Made by a program: the position numbers and the translations under genes. Below, in pieces: positions 39,653-52,624 of a stretch of 57,878 nt of DNA (its first letter is position 1; every line of letters starts with the position of its first letter). The notes under the pieces were generated by a model. It saw only the letters and a list, made by a program, of their open reading frames with translations. It was not told the origin of the DNA and ran no database searches. The stretch lies in assembly GCA_009691415.1 (NCBI GenBank), contig SICP01000006.1, forward strand, positions 1 to 57,878, given 5' to 3'. The stretch is from Candidatus Margulisiibacteriota bacterium (lineage in GTDB: Bacteria; Margulisbacteria; Marinamargulisbacteria; SXXA01; SICP01).

Positions 39653-41293
39653 ATGGCAGCTAAGCAAATTAAATCTTCAGAAGATGCATGGCGCGCATTA
39701 TCAAGAGGCATTGATAAAGTAGCAGATGCAGTGGGCAGCACATTGGGACCAAACGGAAACAATGTTGTTCTAGAAAAAAAATGGGGATCACCGACCATTA
39801 CTAACGATGGCGTTACGATTGCTAAAGAAATTGAATTGGCAGATCCGTTTGAAAATATGGGGGCGCAACTTCTAAAAGAAGTGGCCTCTAAAACAAATGA
39901 TGTTGCTGGAGACGGTACAACAACAGCAACGATTTTGGGCCAAGCTATTTTTAAAGAAGGTCTTAAAAACGTTGTAGCTGGTGCAAACCCTATTCAAGTT
40001 AAAAAGGGTATTGAGAAAGCCGTTAAAGTGGTGATCGCAGGTCTTGAGAAAAACAGCACGCCTGTAAATACAAAAGAAGCGATTGCTCAAGTAGCGACTA
40101 TTTCTGCAAACAACGACGAAGAAATCGGCAACATGATTGCAGATGCAATGGACAAAGTGAAACTCGAAGGGGTTATCACAGTTGAAGAATCTAAAGGTAT
40201 CAACACGGAGCTTTTAATCGTTGAAGGTATGCAGTTTGATCGTGGCTATGCATCACCTTATATGATCACAGATAAAGATCGTATGGAAGCTGCGTTGGAT
40301 CAACCTTACATCTTGATTACAGACAAGAAAATTTCTTCTATCAAAGATCTTCTTCCGATTCTTGAGAAAGTCATTCAATCTGGTAAGCCATTGGTTATTT
40401 TGGCTGAAGATATTGAAGGCGAAGCGCTTGCAACACTAGTTGTAAACAAACTTCGCGGCACGATTAATGCGATTGCAATTAAAGCTCCTGGCTTTGGTGA
40501 TCGTCGTAAAGCAATGTTGGAAGATATTGCGATTGTGACGGGTGGTGAAGTGATTTCTGAAGAAAAAGGGCTGTCTTTAGAAACAGTTGAACTAACACAA
40601 TTGGGTCAAGCTGCGAAAGTGAAAGCGAATAAAGATAACACAACCATTATCCAAGGAAATGGTAACCATAAAGCAATCGAAACACGGGTTAATGAAATTA
40701 GAAATGAAATCAATAAATCTGATTCTTCATACGATAAAGAAAAGCTTCAAGAGCGTCTTGCTAAGTTGTCTGGTGGTGTTGCGGTTATCAAAGTAGGTGC
40801 AGCAACAGAAACAGAACTTAAAGAGAAGAAGCATCGCGTAGAAGATGCGGTTTCTGCAACACGTGCGGCTGTTGAAGAAGGGATTGTTCCTGGAGGCGGC
40901 GTTGCATTTATTAACTTGATTCCAACACTAGACGCAGCGATTGCACTAGAGTCTGGAGATCTTCAAGTAGGTATGAAGATTGTACGTAAAGCACTAGAAA
41001 TTCCTCTTCGTAAAATTGCAGCCAACACAGATCTCGAGCCTTCAGTAGTTTTGGAGCGCTTAAAAAATGAGAAACCTGGTATTGGATTCAACGCACGGAC
41101 AGGTGAATATGTAGATATGATCAAAGCGGGTGTTGTTGATCCGGTTAAAGTAACGAAGTCTGCACTTCAAAATGCAGCTTCAATCGTTAGCCTTCTTTTA
41201 ACAACCGATGTGCTCATCGCAGATCAACCTGAAGATAAACAAACTGTACAAGCTGGAATGAATCCTGGCATGGGTGGAATGGACGGGTTCTAA
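39653..41293 (+). CDS. groEL: Chaperonin GroEL
   Basis: [47 protein letters not shown] tail. Confidence 0.99.
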   Translation: MAAKQIKSSEDAWRALSRGIDKVADAVGSTLGPNGNNVVLEKKWGSPTITNDGVTIAKEIELADPFENMGAQLLKEVASKTNDVAGDGTTTATILGQAIFKEGLKNVVAGANPIQVKKGIEKAVKVVIAGLEKNSTPVNTKEAIAQVATISANNDEEIGNMIADAMDKVKLEGVITVEESKGINTELLIVEGMQFDRGYASPYMITDKDRMEAALDQPYILITDKKISSIKDLLPILEKVIQSGKPLVILAEDIEGEALATLVVNKLRGTINAIAIKAPGFGDRRKAMLEDIAIVTGGEVISEEKGLSLETVELTQLGQAAKVKANKDNTTIIQGNGNHKAIETRVNEIRNEINKSDSSYDKEKLQERLAKLSGGVAVIKVGAATETELKEKKHRVEDAVSATRAAVEEGIVPGGGVAFINLIPTLDAAIALESGDLQVGMKIVRKALEIPLRKIAANTDLEPSVVLERLKNEKPGIGFNARTGEYVDMIKAGVVDPVKVTKSALQNAASIVSLLLTTDVLIADQPEDKQTVQAGMNPGMGGMDGF

Positions 41294-41320
41294 ACTCTGA
41301 CATCTGCTCTATTTTAGTAA

Positions 41321-41353
41321 AGAAGCCGACCTTATTCTTTGGGTCGGCTTTCT
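41321..41353. terminator. Hairpin terminator between convergent groEL and ligA
   Basis: AAGCCGACCT-loop-GGGTCGGCTT with T/A-rich flanks. Confidence 0.75.
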
Positions 41354-41363
41354 CCTAAGCTTT

Positions 41364-43328
<1,965 letters not shown>

Positions 43329-44159
43329 TTATACAAACACATGCCCAAGCAATTTGGTAACCCACATAATATAAATTGCAAAAGGTTTAAAGAAAATCTG
43401 GCTAATTACAAGTGTTCCAAGAATGCGACCCGCTTGCAGAAAAAATACAACAGATTTAACATCGGATTCTGGGCGTACACCGTGTGTCGCTTGGTCCGTA
43501 ATACGGGCACCCGAAGGATCTACAAACATTGTAAAAAGTATAGTCGCCATCCCGTTGACGATACCAGACAATTGGCTGGCTGTAGCGCGAAGATGAGGCA
43601 GGGCGGCGCCCGCATAAAGAGAACATAGAACACCGATCGTGTAGATAGACGTGACTACAACATTGATAATGAGAGATTGTTTGGGTAGGCGTTTTAGTGA
43701 AATATTATCGAGCATTTTAAGCGAAGGCATTTGAAAATTTTGCGCAATAATTTTCCATGTGCGTGGCAAGAATAAACGTAGCATCAGTTTGGGAACAGAA
43801 CCATTTCTCAGAAAATTTTTAATAGCCAAAGAAAAAAGACGAGCAAACGTAGGCCCAAAAAATGCACCTACTAAAGACCCTAGAAACGCACAAAAAATGA
43901 CCATTCTAAAATGTACCTCTAACATATTTAGGGCAAGCACAGAGCCAGACTTACTCACTGCATCTACAGAGGCCCCAAGCAGTGGCGATTGAAACATGTT
44001 AGAAAGACGAGAAATGAGTAAAGTACTTGTAACAAATGACATGGCAATAGCAATTTGTTTGGTACGCACCCCCGCCAAGCGCATACAATACGCGAGCGAC
44101 TCCGCTACATGAATGACAAAGGTAAAAAAGCAAATGATGATAAAAGGGTTAAAGGTCAT
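43329..44159 (-). CDS. amj: Lipid II flippase Amj family (DUF2837)
   Basis: IH..E.LAY..RLAGVRT..IA.A.S, SR..N.FQ.P.LG, GSVP, IYTIGVL..LYA, R.TASQLSGIVNG.ATIL.T.FVDP, R..GTL. Confidence 0.85.
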   Translation of the reverse strand: MTFNPFIIICFFTFVIHVAESLAYCMRLAGVRTKQIAIAMSFVTSTLLISRLSNMFQSPLLGASVDAVSKSGSVLALNMLEVHFRMVIFCAFLGSLVGAFFGPTFARLFSLAIKNFLRNGSVPKLMLRLFLPRTWKIIAQNFQMPSLKMLDNISLKRLPKQSLIINVVVTSIYTIGVLCSLYAGAALPHLRATASQLSGIVNGMATILFTMFVDPSGARITDQATHGVRPESDVKSVVFFLQAGRILGTLVISQIFFKPFAIYIMWVTKLLGHVFV

Positions 44160-44239
44160 TATTAAAATCCTATTTGGTTTTATTCTAACGTTATATTGCT
44201 GCTTTTAAAACCCGCTGGCTTCCGATATAATTCTCACTT

Positions 44240-44461
44240 ATGTTAAAAATTCTCTTACTCATCATCGAATTTATTTCCGCGATACTACTGATCGGCGCAG
44301 TATTATTGCATTCCCCAAAAGGAACTGGCTTAGGCGGAGTCGGTGGGCAAGCGCATATGTTTAGTTCCAACGGCGGCATGGAAGCCGGGCTCAATCGATT
44401 TACCACTATTGTAGCGGCTGTTTTCTTGGTGTCTGCCGTCATCTTAAGCCTCCTTTTTTAA
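44240..44461 (+). CDS. secG: Preprotein translocase subunit SecG
   Basis: LLI..VLLHSPKG.GLGG.GG...F, E..LNRFT; two TMs. Confidence 0.92.
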   Translation: MLKILLLIIEFISAILLIGAVLLHSPKGTGLGGVGGQAHMFSSNGGMEAGLNRFTTIVAAVFLVSAVILSLLF

Positions 44462-46306
44462 ATGAAGCGCTTTTTATTTTCGCTTTTTTTTTGCACGTTT
44501 TTTAGTTCTTTCGCTGTTGCTTCGTCTACAATAAAACCTGCACTAAATTTGCAAGAGATGATGAAAGCTGCGAGCCCTATCAGCGTCTCTTCAGAGAAAC
44601 AATCTGATGCAGAAAAAAAACAAATAGCACAACTCAATGAACAGCGACCCACTGTTTCCGAAGTTATTATTGAGGGACAAATAAACGTTCAACTGGGTCT
44701 GATTCAAAACGCTATTTTTCTTAAGCCTGGTGATCGTTTGAATTATTCAAAATTAATACGAAATGTTAAAAACATTCAAAGCTTGGGTGTTTTTTCTGAA
44801 GTGACACAGCAAATTGTTCCCACAAACAAAGGCGTTAAAGTAATCTTTAAAGTCACCGAAAACCCACTGATTAAAGAAATTAAACTTTCTCAGAATAAAG
44901 TGGTGAGTCGGGATGCTATTTTGGCGATTATGAAATCCCACGCTGGCGATATTTTGAGTCTGGATTATATCCGCTCTGACGTAGAGGCGATACAGGACCT
45001 CTATAAAGAAAAAGGGTATTTTCAAGCTCGTATTAAGCAAGTTAAGTTGCCACAGAAAGAAGGCGACTCTCTAGAAATCACTATAAGCGAAGGCACTATT
45101 TCGGCCATCTCAGTTACCGGAAATACCAAAACAAAAGCCTATGTCATTACACGTGAAATGACGATAAAAACAGGGGATGTCTTACGGGCCGATCTTCTTA
45201 GAGAAGACCTCCGGCGAATTTATAACTTAAGCTATTTTTCAGACTTGCAACCTCGTATCTTGCCAACATCAGACGATTCATATGATTTGCAAATTGACGT
45301 CACAGAAAAACCAACGAGTGGTCAATTTAGTTTTGGTGCAGGATATAGTCCTCAGACAGGCGCTAGTATTTTCTCGGATCTTTTTTGGGAAAATGTTATG
45401 GGCACAGGACAATTAATCTCGCTTAAAGGACAGTTCGGTTTTGGGGGCTCTAACTCTGCTCAAAACACACGATTCCAATTTAAGTACTTCACCCCTTATG
45501 TAGGAGAGAGTCATGTATCGTTTTCGACAAAAGTCTGGTCCACTAACGGACAAACCATCAGTGGTCTTCCAGGATTATCCGGCGAAGACAAATACCGCAC
45601 GGAGCACCGAAAAGGTGTCGAATTTGAATTTGGCGTGCCTCTTTCATACGAATGGCGTCTCACACATGCGTTTAAATGGGAAACTGTAAATATCCCCGCA
45701 TCCACTGTAGAGCCCGTCCATGCCGATGATCGCGATTATGAAATTAATAGCTATAAATTTGGCGTAGAGAACGACGCCAGAGATGTGCGTTTTAATCCAC
45801 GTGACGGACACTATATTTCTTTCGACATAGAAAAGACACTAAAAGTCACAAGCCGGGCCCTAGATTTTACACGTTACGATTTGGCCATACGGAAGTTTAT
45901 TCCAACGGTCGAGAAACAGACGCTTGCACTTCGTCTTGATTTGGGGTTATTAACAAGTCATGAAATCAACGATACAGTGATCTATCAGCCAGAACTCTAT
46001 CGCGTCGGATTTAGTGATACCGTACGTGGTCAGGACGAAAAAATATTTCAAGCTGGGAACAAAAAAATTGTAGGCAGTGTTGAATATCGTTTCCTATTTA
46101 ACGAGGCATTCTCCATGGTTTTCTTCGTGGACGCAGGATTGGCGCCTTCCACATTTTCACAAATTCAATGGGGACGTGATTTTGTTGTTGGAAAGGGACT
46201 CGGTGTTCGATTCACCATCCCTGGCTTGGGACCATTACGCGTGGATGCAGGATCAGATAACAAAGGATCTATTCGCATACAAGTGAATATGGGCCAGGCC
46301 TTTTGA
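44462..46306 (+). CDS. bamA: Omp85/BamA family outer-membrane protein with three POTRA domains
   Basis: Signal peptide, POTRA repeats (V.ENP.I, Y..KGY, GN.KTK..VI.RE), barrel N..G.GQ, RFNP..G, G.GVRF..PGLGPLR.D, terminal Phe; next to skp-lpxD. Confidence 0.85.
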   Translation: MKRFLFSLFFCTFFSSFAVASSTIKPALNLQEMMKAASPISVSSEKQSDAEKKQIAQLNEQRPTVSEVIIEGQINVQLGLIQNAIFLKPGDRLNYSKLIRNVKNIQSLGVFSEVTQQIVPTNKGVKVIFKVTENPLIKEIKLSQNKVVSRDAILAIMKSHAGDILSLDYIRSDVEAIQDLYKEKGYFQARIKQVKLPQKEGDSLEITISEGTISAISVTGNTKTKAYVITREMTIKTGDVLRADLLREDLRRIYNLSYFSDLQPRILPTSDDSYDLQIDVTEKPTSGQFSFGAGYSPQTGASIFSDLFWENVMGTGQLISLKGQFGFGGSNSAQNTRFQFKYFTPYVGESHVSFSTKVWSTNGQTISGLPGLSGEDKYRTEHRKGVEFEFGVPLSYEWRLTHAFKWETVNIPASTVEPVHADDRDYEINSYKFGVENDARDVRFNPRDGHYISFDIEKTLKVTSRALDFTRYDLAIRKFIPTVEKQTLALRLDLGLLTSHEINDTVIYQPELYRVGFSDTVRGQDEKIFQAGNKKIVGSVEYRFLFNEAFSMVFFVDAGLAPSTFSQIQWGRDFVVGKGLGVRFTIPGLGPLRVDAGSDNKGSIRIQVNMGQAF

Positions 46307-46363
46307 AAAGCATGACATATAGGATATAGTAAAAAAAATCTTAATTCAAAGCAAGGAGCTCAC

Positions 46364-46810
46364 ATGAAACGTCTTTTATTTTTAGCAACAGCACTTTTAC
46401 TTTCTTCACAAATTTATGCAGCAGATAACATCGGTTATTTAGACATGGATCGCATTTTGCAGAGTTACAAAGAAGCTGACAGAATCATGCATGACATTAA
46501 AGGTAAACGCGAAGAGTATCAAAAATTCCTAGAAGAAAAACAAGCCGAAATTGATAAAGCAAAAGAAAACAAAGAAAAAGAAGAGAAAATAAAAGAACGC
46601 ATTCAAAAATTAGAAGCTGAAATCAAACCCAAGCAAGAAGAAATTTTAAAGCGTGAGTCAGAAATTCAACGCAGCCTATTTTCTAAAATAATCGAAACAG
46701 CAAAAGTAATTGCCAAAGAATATGGTATAGATACCGTTCTTGATAAACGGGTTGTCTATATTGGTGGATTTGATTTAACTGAATTTGTCACTGATAAATT
46801 AAATAAATAA
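46364..46810 (+). CDS. skp: OmpH/Skp periplasmic chaperone
   Basis: Signal peptide, IGYLDM..I, coiled coil, AKE.G.D.VLD....GG.DLT. Confidence 0.88.
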   Translation: MKRLLFLATALLLSSQIYAADNIGYLDMDRILQSYKEADRIMHDIKGKREEYQKFLEEKQAEIDKAKENKEKEEKIKERIQKLEAEIKPKQEEILKRESEIQRSLFSKIIETAKVIAKEYGIDTVLDKRVVYIGGFDLTEFVTDKLNK

Positions 46811-46814
46811 CGCG

Positions 46815-47744
46815 TTGTTTCGATTATCTGATATTGCGACTGTTACAGGAGGGGTGTTAGTCGGTGACGCTAACCTCGTGCTCGAAACCATAGCACCCCT
46901 ACAAGATGCCAAACCAGGCTCACTCAGTTTTGTCCTTGAAAAAAAATACGTCACAGAAGCAGAGAGTTCTTCAGCCTCCGCATTTGTCACATCTGAAGAC
47001 CTGCCGGCACACATACCCCATGTGCGTGTTCAGCATTCACGCGAAGCATTGGCGCAAGTGATTGCGTGGTGGAGTTCTCACTCCTTTAAACCACAACGTA
47101 CCATTTCAGATAGAGCCTCTATGGATTCTACTGCCAAAATTGGAAGCAATGGTTCTGTCGGCCCAGGATGTGTGATTGGCGCGTTTTGTACCATAGGAAA
47201 CGACGTCACTCTACATGCCAATGTCACGCTTTATGACCATGTAGAACTAGGGGATCGCGTTATCATACATAGTGGGGTTGTGTTAGGCGCAGATGGATTT
47301 GGTTATTATCAAAAAGACGGACGCCATAATAAGATCCCCCATATTGGCCAGACTATTTTAGAATCAGACGTAGAAGTGGGCGCAAACACAACGATTGATC
47401 GGGGATGTTTGGGCGAAACCCGCATTGGAGCTGGCACCAAAATTGATAACTTGGTGCAAATAGGACACAATGTCCAAATTGGAAAAAGTTGCATTATTAC
47501 AGCTCAAGTCGGTATCATTGGCAGCACCCAAATTGGGGACTATGTGATGGTCGGTGGTCAAGCTGGGATTAGCTCTGTTAAGATAGGAAACCGTGCAGTG
47601 ATTGCTGCAAAATCTGGGGTTACAAAGGATGTGCGAGAAGGTACATTCGTTTCTGGTTTTCCAGCACAGCTACACCGCCAAGAACTTGCCGATCAAGCAC
47701 GATTAAAACGCTTAATTAAACAGTCAAAACGGAGTCCTTTATGA
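46815..47744 (+). CDS. lpxD: UDP-3-O-acyl-glucosamine N-acyltransferase
   Basis: Hexapeptide repeats, [30 protein letters not shown]. Confidence 0.95.
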   Translation: MFRLSDIATVTGGVLVGDANLVLETIAPLQDAKPGSLSFVLEKKYVTEAESSSASAFVTSEDLPAHIPHVRVQHSREALAQVIAWWSSHSFKPQRTISDRASMDSTAKIGSNGSVGPGCVIGAFCTIGNDVTLHANVTLYDHVELGDRVIIHSGVVLGADGFGYYQKDGRHNKIPHIGQTILESDVEVGANTTIDRGCLGETRIGAGTKIDNLVQIGHNVQIGKSCIITAQVGIIGSTQIGDYVMVGGQAGISSVKIGNRAVIAAKSGVTKDVREGTFVSGFPAQLHRQELADQARLKRLIKQSKRSPL

Positions 47745-48406
47745 AAAAATTTCTTGCTACTTTCTTGATTTTTTCCAGCTTTATTTTCGTCTCATCTCTT
47801 GAAGCACGCTCGACACTGAATGGTCCCACGGGACTCGTCACAATGCCCACTGCAGAAGCCTTAAAGTACAAAGAATTTAATCTTTCGTATGACTATCTAT
47901 TTGCTAAAAAAGCCACCAATGATTCCTGGTCGTATAAGGCGAATTTAGGGACATTTAAAAGCTGGGAATTGGGTGTAGTTGGTGGAAGCAAACCCAAAGA
48001 AGGCATGTTCTTAAATGTAAAATATTATTTAATGTCAGACGAAAGCCGATTTCCAGTGATGGTTGCCGTGGGCATACAAAATATTTCATCCAACGATTTA
48101 ACCAATGTGTATATGGTGGCATCCAAACAATTCCAAGGTGGGTTGGGCGCGCATTTCGGATTTAAAGCTACATTCGCAGACTCCATTGACCCGTCTATTA
48201 TGGTCGGACTCGATTATGCTATTAATGATGCATGGGGTGTGATGGGAGATGTGGGCGGTATTGATAAACACTATACCCTTAATCTAGGAACTGATTTTTT
48301 ATTAACCCCTGACGTTGCACTTCGGGGCTCTTTTATAGATGTTGCAAATAGCAGCATCGAAGGATTTCGATGGGGCATCGGGCTTGCCTATGGAAAATCT
48401 TTATAG
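47741..48406 (+). CDS. YjbH-domain-like outer-membrane beta-barrel protein
   Basis: Signal peptide, G.TGL..MPTA motif, amphipathic beta-strands. Confidence 0.6.
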   Translation: MKKFLATFLIFSSFIFVSSLEARSTLNGPTGLVTMPTAEALKYKEFNLSYDYLFAKKATNDSWSYKANLGTFKSWELGVVGGSKPKEGMFLNVKYYLMSDESRFPVMVAVGIQNISSNDLTNVYMVASKQFQGGLGAHFGFKATFADSIDPSIMVGLDYAINDAWGVMGDVGGIDKHYTLNLGTDFLLTPDVALRGSFIDVANSSIEGFRWGIGLAYGKSL

Positions 48407-48487
48407 AAAGACGTAGATTAGACAAGCTCATGACAGTATGTTATGCTCATTTGCTCCGAATTTTTTTACTTATTGAAAGGTAGCCCT

Positions 48488-48883
48488 GTGAATTTAAATT
48501 TCGCTTATTTAGAAATAAATATAAAACTACATAAAAGTGGATTCAAAGCCACTTGTCCAATGTTTCCATCCTGCAAAGGTATCGGAGAAACCCAAGAAAT
48601 TGCTACATCCAAATTAAGCCGTTCTATCACAACGATACTTACAAAAAAACTTCGTGATTCCGTAGACCAGATTGTCGCGTCATCTGTAAAAAATCTCTGT
48701 ATAAAATTACCTGTAATGTATGAACTCAAGAAATCCCTTCGCAAAAAAGATGCCCCTCGTGATATCTCAGAAATCGAATCTCTTTTACACGCCTCGGGTC
48801 TCTTTGAAGAAGATGACTTGGGACTCAGTAACGATATGATTCCAGAAGAGCTCATGTTTGGCTTTCCAATGAGTTATAACTAG
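48488..48883 (+). CDS. Hypothetical protein with HicB-like N-terminal domain
   Basis: GF.ATCP.FP.C.G.GET.E.A...L...I resembles the HicB partial RNase H fold; GTG start after GAAAGG (ORF track starts at 48443). Confidence 0.55.
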   Translation: MNLNFAYLEINIKLHKSGFKATCPMFPSCKGIGETQEIATSKLSRSITTILTKKLRDSVDQIVASSVKNLCIKLPVMYELKKSLRKKDAPRDISEIESLLHASGLFEEDDLGLSNDMIPEELMFGFPMSYN

Positions 48884-48886
48884 ACC

Positions 48887-50614
48887 GTGTATGACCCACT
48901 ATTTCCACTATCTACTATTAGACACAGCGCCGCACACGTTTTGGCGCAGGCCGTTCTGCGTCTCTTTCCAGATGCCAAGCTGGGTATTGGCCCTGCAATT
49001 GATGAAGGATTTTATTACGATTTAGAGTTACCACGGACACTCATTCCTATCGATTTACTTAAACTAGAAAAATACATGCGGCAAATTATTCAAGAAAAAC
49101 AAGTTTTTAAACAATATGATATGACACGCAAAGACTCTGAAAAACGGTTTTCCGATCTTAATCAGACTTACAAACTAGAAATTATTCAAGATCTTAATTT
49201 AAATGAGTACTCATTTTTTGAAAATGGACCGTTTATAGATTTATGCCGTGGACCTCATGTGGAACACACCGGTCAAATTGGGGCGATCAAATTACTCCGC
49301 GTTTCAGGTGCCTATTGGCGTGGGTCTGAAAAAAACAAAATGCTACAACGTATTTACGGAACCGCATTTCATACACAAGAAGAGTTAGAGATTTACATAA
49401 AACAACAAGAAGAAGCCCTCAAGCGGGATCATCGCGTCCTAGGGAAAGCCTTGGATTTATTTAGTATTCAAGATGATATTGGAGGCGGTCTCATTTTATG
49501 GCATCCCAAAGGCGCCCGTATAAGAAATATTATTGAAACCTATTGGAAAGACCAACATTTCGCAGCCGATTATGATTTGCTCTATACCCCCCACGTTGGA
49601 AAAGCTAATCTCTGGGAAACCAGCGGACATTTACAGTTTTATAAAGAAAATATGTTTGCCCCAATGGTCATAGATGAACAAGATTATTTTGTTCGTCCCA
49701 TGAATTGCCCTTTCCATATTTTGGTGTATCAAAATGCCCAGCGGTCTTATCGGGATCTTCCTATTCGCTATGCTGAACTAGGAACAGTCTATCGTTTTGA
49801 GCGTTCGGGAGCACTACACGGGTTAATGCGTGTCCGTGGATTTACCCAAGATGACGGTCACATAATTTGCACACCAGATCAAGTGCAAGAAGAAATCTTA
49901 TCCGTCTTAAAGTTAGCCCTAAATATACTCAAGAAATTTGGTTTCGAGAAATTCAAAGTCTTCTTATCAACACGGCCAGAAGAAAAATTCGTAGGTCATT
50001 TAGACCAATGGAAAATGGCCGAAGACTCTCTAAGAGCCGCGATTGAGACAGTTGGCTTGCTGTATGAAGTAGACAATGGCGGCGGAGCGTTTTATGGACC
50101 TAAAATTGACATTAAAATTGAAGATGCCATCGGACGTGAATGGCAATGTTCCACGGTGCAGTTTGATTTTAATTTACCCGAACGATTTGACATGACCTAC
50201 ATCGATACCGATGGCCAGAAAAAGAAACCGGTCATGATACATCGTGCGTTATTTGGTTCTGTAGAACGTTTTTTTGGTGTATTGATAGAGCATTATGAAG
50301 GCAAATTTCCCATGTGGTTGGCATCGGTTCAGTTCAAACTTTTAACCGTTTCGAAAGAAGTGCAACCCTATGCAAAAGAAGTACTCGACCGGTGTAAAGC
50401 ATGCGGATTTCGGGCCGTATTAGATGATTCTTCTGAGAAAATTGGATATAAAATTCGGCAAGCAACCCAAGAGAAAGTTCCCTTTATGCTCGTGATCGGA
50501 CATGCCGAAAAAGATTCGGGTCAAATTTCAGTACGAAGCTTAAAAGACGGTGATTTGGGGCAAGTGCCTCTTGAGAGCTGGTTAGAGTCGCAAATACTTG
50601 GGCTTAACAAGTGA
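48887..50614 (+). CDS. thrS: Threonyl-tRNA synthetase (short form, no N-terminal TGS)
   Basis: RHS.AHV, GP.I..GFYYD, DLCRGPH, RDHR.LG, PMNCP.H, RVRGFTQDD, AFYGPKID, HRA..GS.ERF. Confidence 0.98.
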   Translation: MYDPLFPLSTIRHSAAHVLAQAVLRLFPDAKLGIGPAIDEGFYYDLELPRTLIPIDLLKLEKYMRQIIQEKQVFKQYDMTRKDSEKRFSDLNQTYKLEIIQDLNLNEYSFFENGPFIDLCRGPHVEHTGQIGAIKLLRVSGAYWRGSEKNKMLQRIYGTAFHTQEELEIYIKQQEEALKRDHRVLGKALDLFSIQDDIGGGLILWHPKGARIRNIIETYWKDQHFAADYDLLYTPHVGKANLWETSGHLQFYKENMFAPMVIDEQDYFVRPMNCPFHILVYQNAQRSYRDLPIRYAELGTVYRFERSGALHGLMRVRGFTQDDGHIICTPDQVQEEILSVLKLALNILKKFGFEKFKVFLSTRPEEKFVGHLDQWKMAEDSLRAAIETVGLLYEVDNGGGAFYGPKIDIKIEDAIGREWQCSTVQFDFNLPERFDMTYIDTDGQKKKPVMIHRALFGSVERFFGVLIEHYEGKFPMWLASVQFKLLTVSKEVQPYAKEVLDRCKACGFRAVLDDSSEKIGYKIRQATQEKVPFMLVIGHAEKDSGQISVRSLKDGDLGQVPLESWLESQILGLNK

Positions 50615-50669
50615 GCTTAAGAATGGTATACTCCGCGTTCACGATTTATCATGAGCTGGAGGAACGTCA

Positions 50670-51173
50670 ATAAAAAATCATATCATTAACGAGCAGATTC
50701 GGTCTAAGGAAGTCAGACTGATCGATCACGACGGCGGCCAATTGGGCGTAGTTACGATTCAAGATGCACTTTCTAGAGCAGCCACATCGGATCTTGATCT
50801 GGTAATGGTAAGTGATAGCGCTAAACCTCCTGTTTGTCGGCTAATTAACTACGGTCAGTTTCGATATCATCAACAGAAAAAAGAGAAACTAGCCCGAAAA
50901 AGCAATAAAGGCCAAGTTGTTAAAGAGTTAAAAATGAGTCCCAAGATTTCCGATCATGACTTCATGGTCAAATTAAACAGAGGAAGAGATTTTTTGGGTA
51001 AAGGATTTAATATCAAATTGGTATTATCTTTTAAGGGACGCGAAATGATGCATCCCGAATTGGGCGAAGTCCTAATCAAACGGTTCATTGAAAACATTAG
51101 TGATATCGGCGTTCCAGAGCAAGGCATGTCTCGTACAGGCCGCGCAATGATCGTCATGATCAACCCCAAATAA
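50670..51173 (+). CDS. infC: Translation initiation factor IF-3 with non-canonical ATA start
   Basis: GGAGG SD then ATA AAA AAT CAT ATC ATT AAC GAG CAG ATT CGG (INEQIR..EVRLID), in frame with ORF 50742-51173; PPVC, K.LK.SPKI..HD, FKGRE. Confidence 0.93.
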   Translation: MKNHIINEQIRSKEVRLIDHDGGQLGVVTIQDALSRAATSDLDLVMVSDSAKPPVCRLINYGQFRYHQQKKEKLARKSNKGQVVKELKMSPKISDHDFMVKLNRGRDFLGKGFNIKLVLSFKGREMMHPELGEVLIKRFIENISDIGVPEQGMSRTGRAMIVMINPK

Positions 51174-51205
51174 CCCTATTTTTAATATCATAAAGGAAAC
51201 AAGTC

Positions 51206-51409
51206 ATGAAAAACAAACTTAAAACACGTAAATCTGCTGCAAAACGTATCAAGGTTACAGGTACAGGTAAATATTTACGCAACAGTGCTGGTATGCGCCA
51301 CCTTTTGGAGCATGAAAGTTCAGAAAAAAAGAGAAACAAAGGCAATTCAACAGAAGTGAGTCCTTCGGACGCACGTAAAGTGAAGCTCATGCTTCCTTAT
51401 CAAGCATAA
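51206..51409 (+). CDS. rpmI: 50S ribosomal protein L35
   Basis: KLKTRKSAAKR.K.TGTGK, HLL, LPY. Confidence 0.96.
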   Translation: MKNKLKTRKSAAKRIKVTGTGKYLRNSAGMRHLLEHESSEKKRNKGNSTEVSPSDARKVKLMLPYQA

Positions 51410-51437
51410 TCTAAATCGCGCACTGGAGGAATAAACA

Positions 51438-51782
51438 ATGTCTAGAGTTAAACGTGGTAATGTCGCAAGAAATCGCAGGAAAAAAGTTCTAAAATTAGCA
51501 AAAGGCTTTCGTGGAGCGTCGTCAAAATTATTTCGTCCCGCACACCAAGCTGTTCTTAATGCACTAACACATGCTTACAAAGACCGTCGTCTTAAAAAGC
51601 GTGATTTCCGTGTTCTTTGGATTGCTAGAATCAATGCAGCACTTGATGTTCTAGGTGTTTCATATTCAAAATTCACAGGCGCATTAAAGAAGAAAAATAT
51701 CTTGATCAACCGCAAAGTTTTATCTGAGCTTGCCATTCAAGAACCTGCTGTATTTCAACATATTGTTGAAATTAGCCGTTAA
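51438..51782 (+). CDS. rplT: 50S ribosomal protein L20
   Basis: [44 protein letters not shown]. Confidence 0.98.
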   Translation: MSRVKRGNVARNRRKKVLKLAKGFRGASSKLFRPAHQAVLNALTHAYKDRRLKKRDFRVLWIARINAALDVLGVSYSKFTGALKKKNILINRKVLSELAIQEPAVFQHIVEISR

Positions 51783-51790
51783 CTTTACCC

Positions 51791-52288
51791 ATGATTGAAA
51801 TGCATCTTGGTGGCTTAGGGTTTGATCCCAAGAACATGTCCCCTATTGTACTGCTGCGAGATGCAGAAGATCGCAACTTTTTACCTATCTGGATTGGCAT
51901 GTTTGAAGCAGCCGCCATTGCGATGGAACTGCAAGACTTTAAATCTCCCCGCCCAATGACCCATGATTTATTAACAAAGATGGTCACAGTTTTGGGTGGA
52001 AAAGTTAAGCGTATTATTATTAACGAAATTGTAGACAATACGTTTTACGCCTTAGTTGAAGTTGTCCAAGCCCAAGCCCCCGATACGGTAATTAGTATTG
52101 ATGCCCGTCCGTCAGATGCGATTGCTATTGCAGTACGCACGAAAGTGCCTATTATCGTTTCAGAAGCGGTCATGCAAAAAGCCAAAATGGTGAATTCTGA
52201 AAAAGACGAAGAAGAAACGCAGAAGTTTAAAGACTTTATTGATACAATAAACCCTGACGACTTCTCGAAATATCTTGATCAACGCTAA
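51791..52288 (+). CDS. Bifunctional nuclease family protein (DUF151)
   Basis: PIVLL....R.LPIWIG.FEA.AIA, RPMTHDL, FYA, IDARPSDAIA.A.R, P.DF. Confidence 0.93.
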   Translation: MIEMHLGGLGFDPKNMSPIVLLRDAEDRNFLPIWIGMFEAAAIAMELQDFKSPRPMTHDLLTKMVTVLGGKVKRIIINEIVDNTFYALVEVVQAQAPDTVISIDARPSDAIAIAVRTKVPIIVSEAVMQKAKMVNSEKDEEETQKFKDFIDTINPDDFSKYLDQR

Positions 52289-52293
52289 TTCAT

Positions 52294-52370
<77 letters not shown>

Positions 52371-52393
52371 AACCTACAAGAAAGTGGACCCAA

Positions 52394-52624
52394 ATGGCAA
52401 CCCAAACTGACCGTTATCCTGATAACTCACCCGGAACCTACTATGTGGACACAGATTGTATTGCCTGTGACACCTGCTTTGGTTTAGCGCCACGGCATTT
52501 TCGTCTAACACAGACACATGATCATGCCATTGTCTTTCAACAGCCGTTTTCAGCGCAAGAAAAAGCAGTGTGTGAATTAGCCTTAGAAGCATGTCCTGTA
52601 GGAGCGATAGGCAATGACTGCTGA
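52394..52624 (+). CDS. Single-cluster ferredoxin
   Basis: YVD..CIACDTC...AP..F ... CPVGAI. Confidence 0.9.
   Translation: MATQTDRYPDNSPGTYYVDTDCIACDTCFGLAPRHFRLTQTHDHAIVFQQPFSAQEKAVCELALEACPVGAIGNDC

Noticed and set aside
44220-44249. dif-like site TTCCGATATAA-TTCTCAC-TTATGTTAAAA
   Set aside because: The spacer is 7 rather than 6 nt, and the match is explained by the secG -10 box and its first codons ATG TTA AAA
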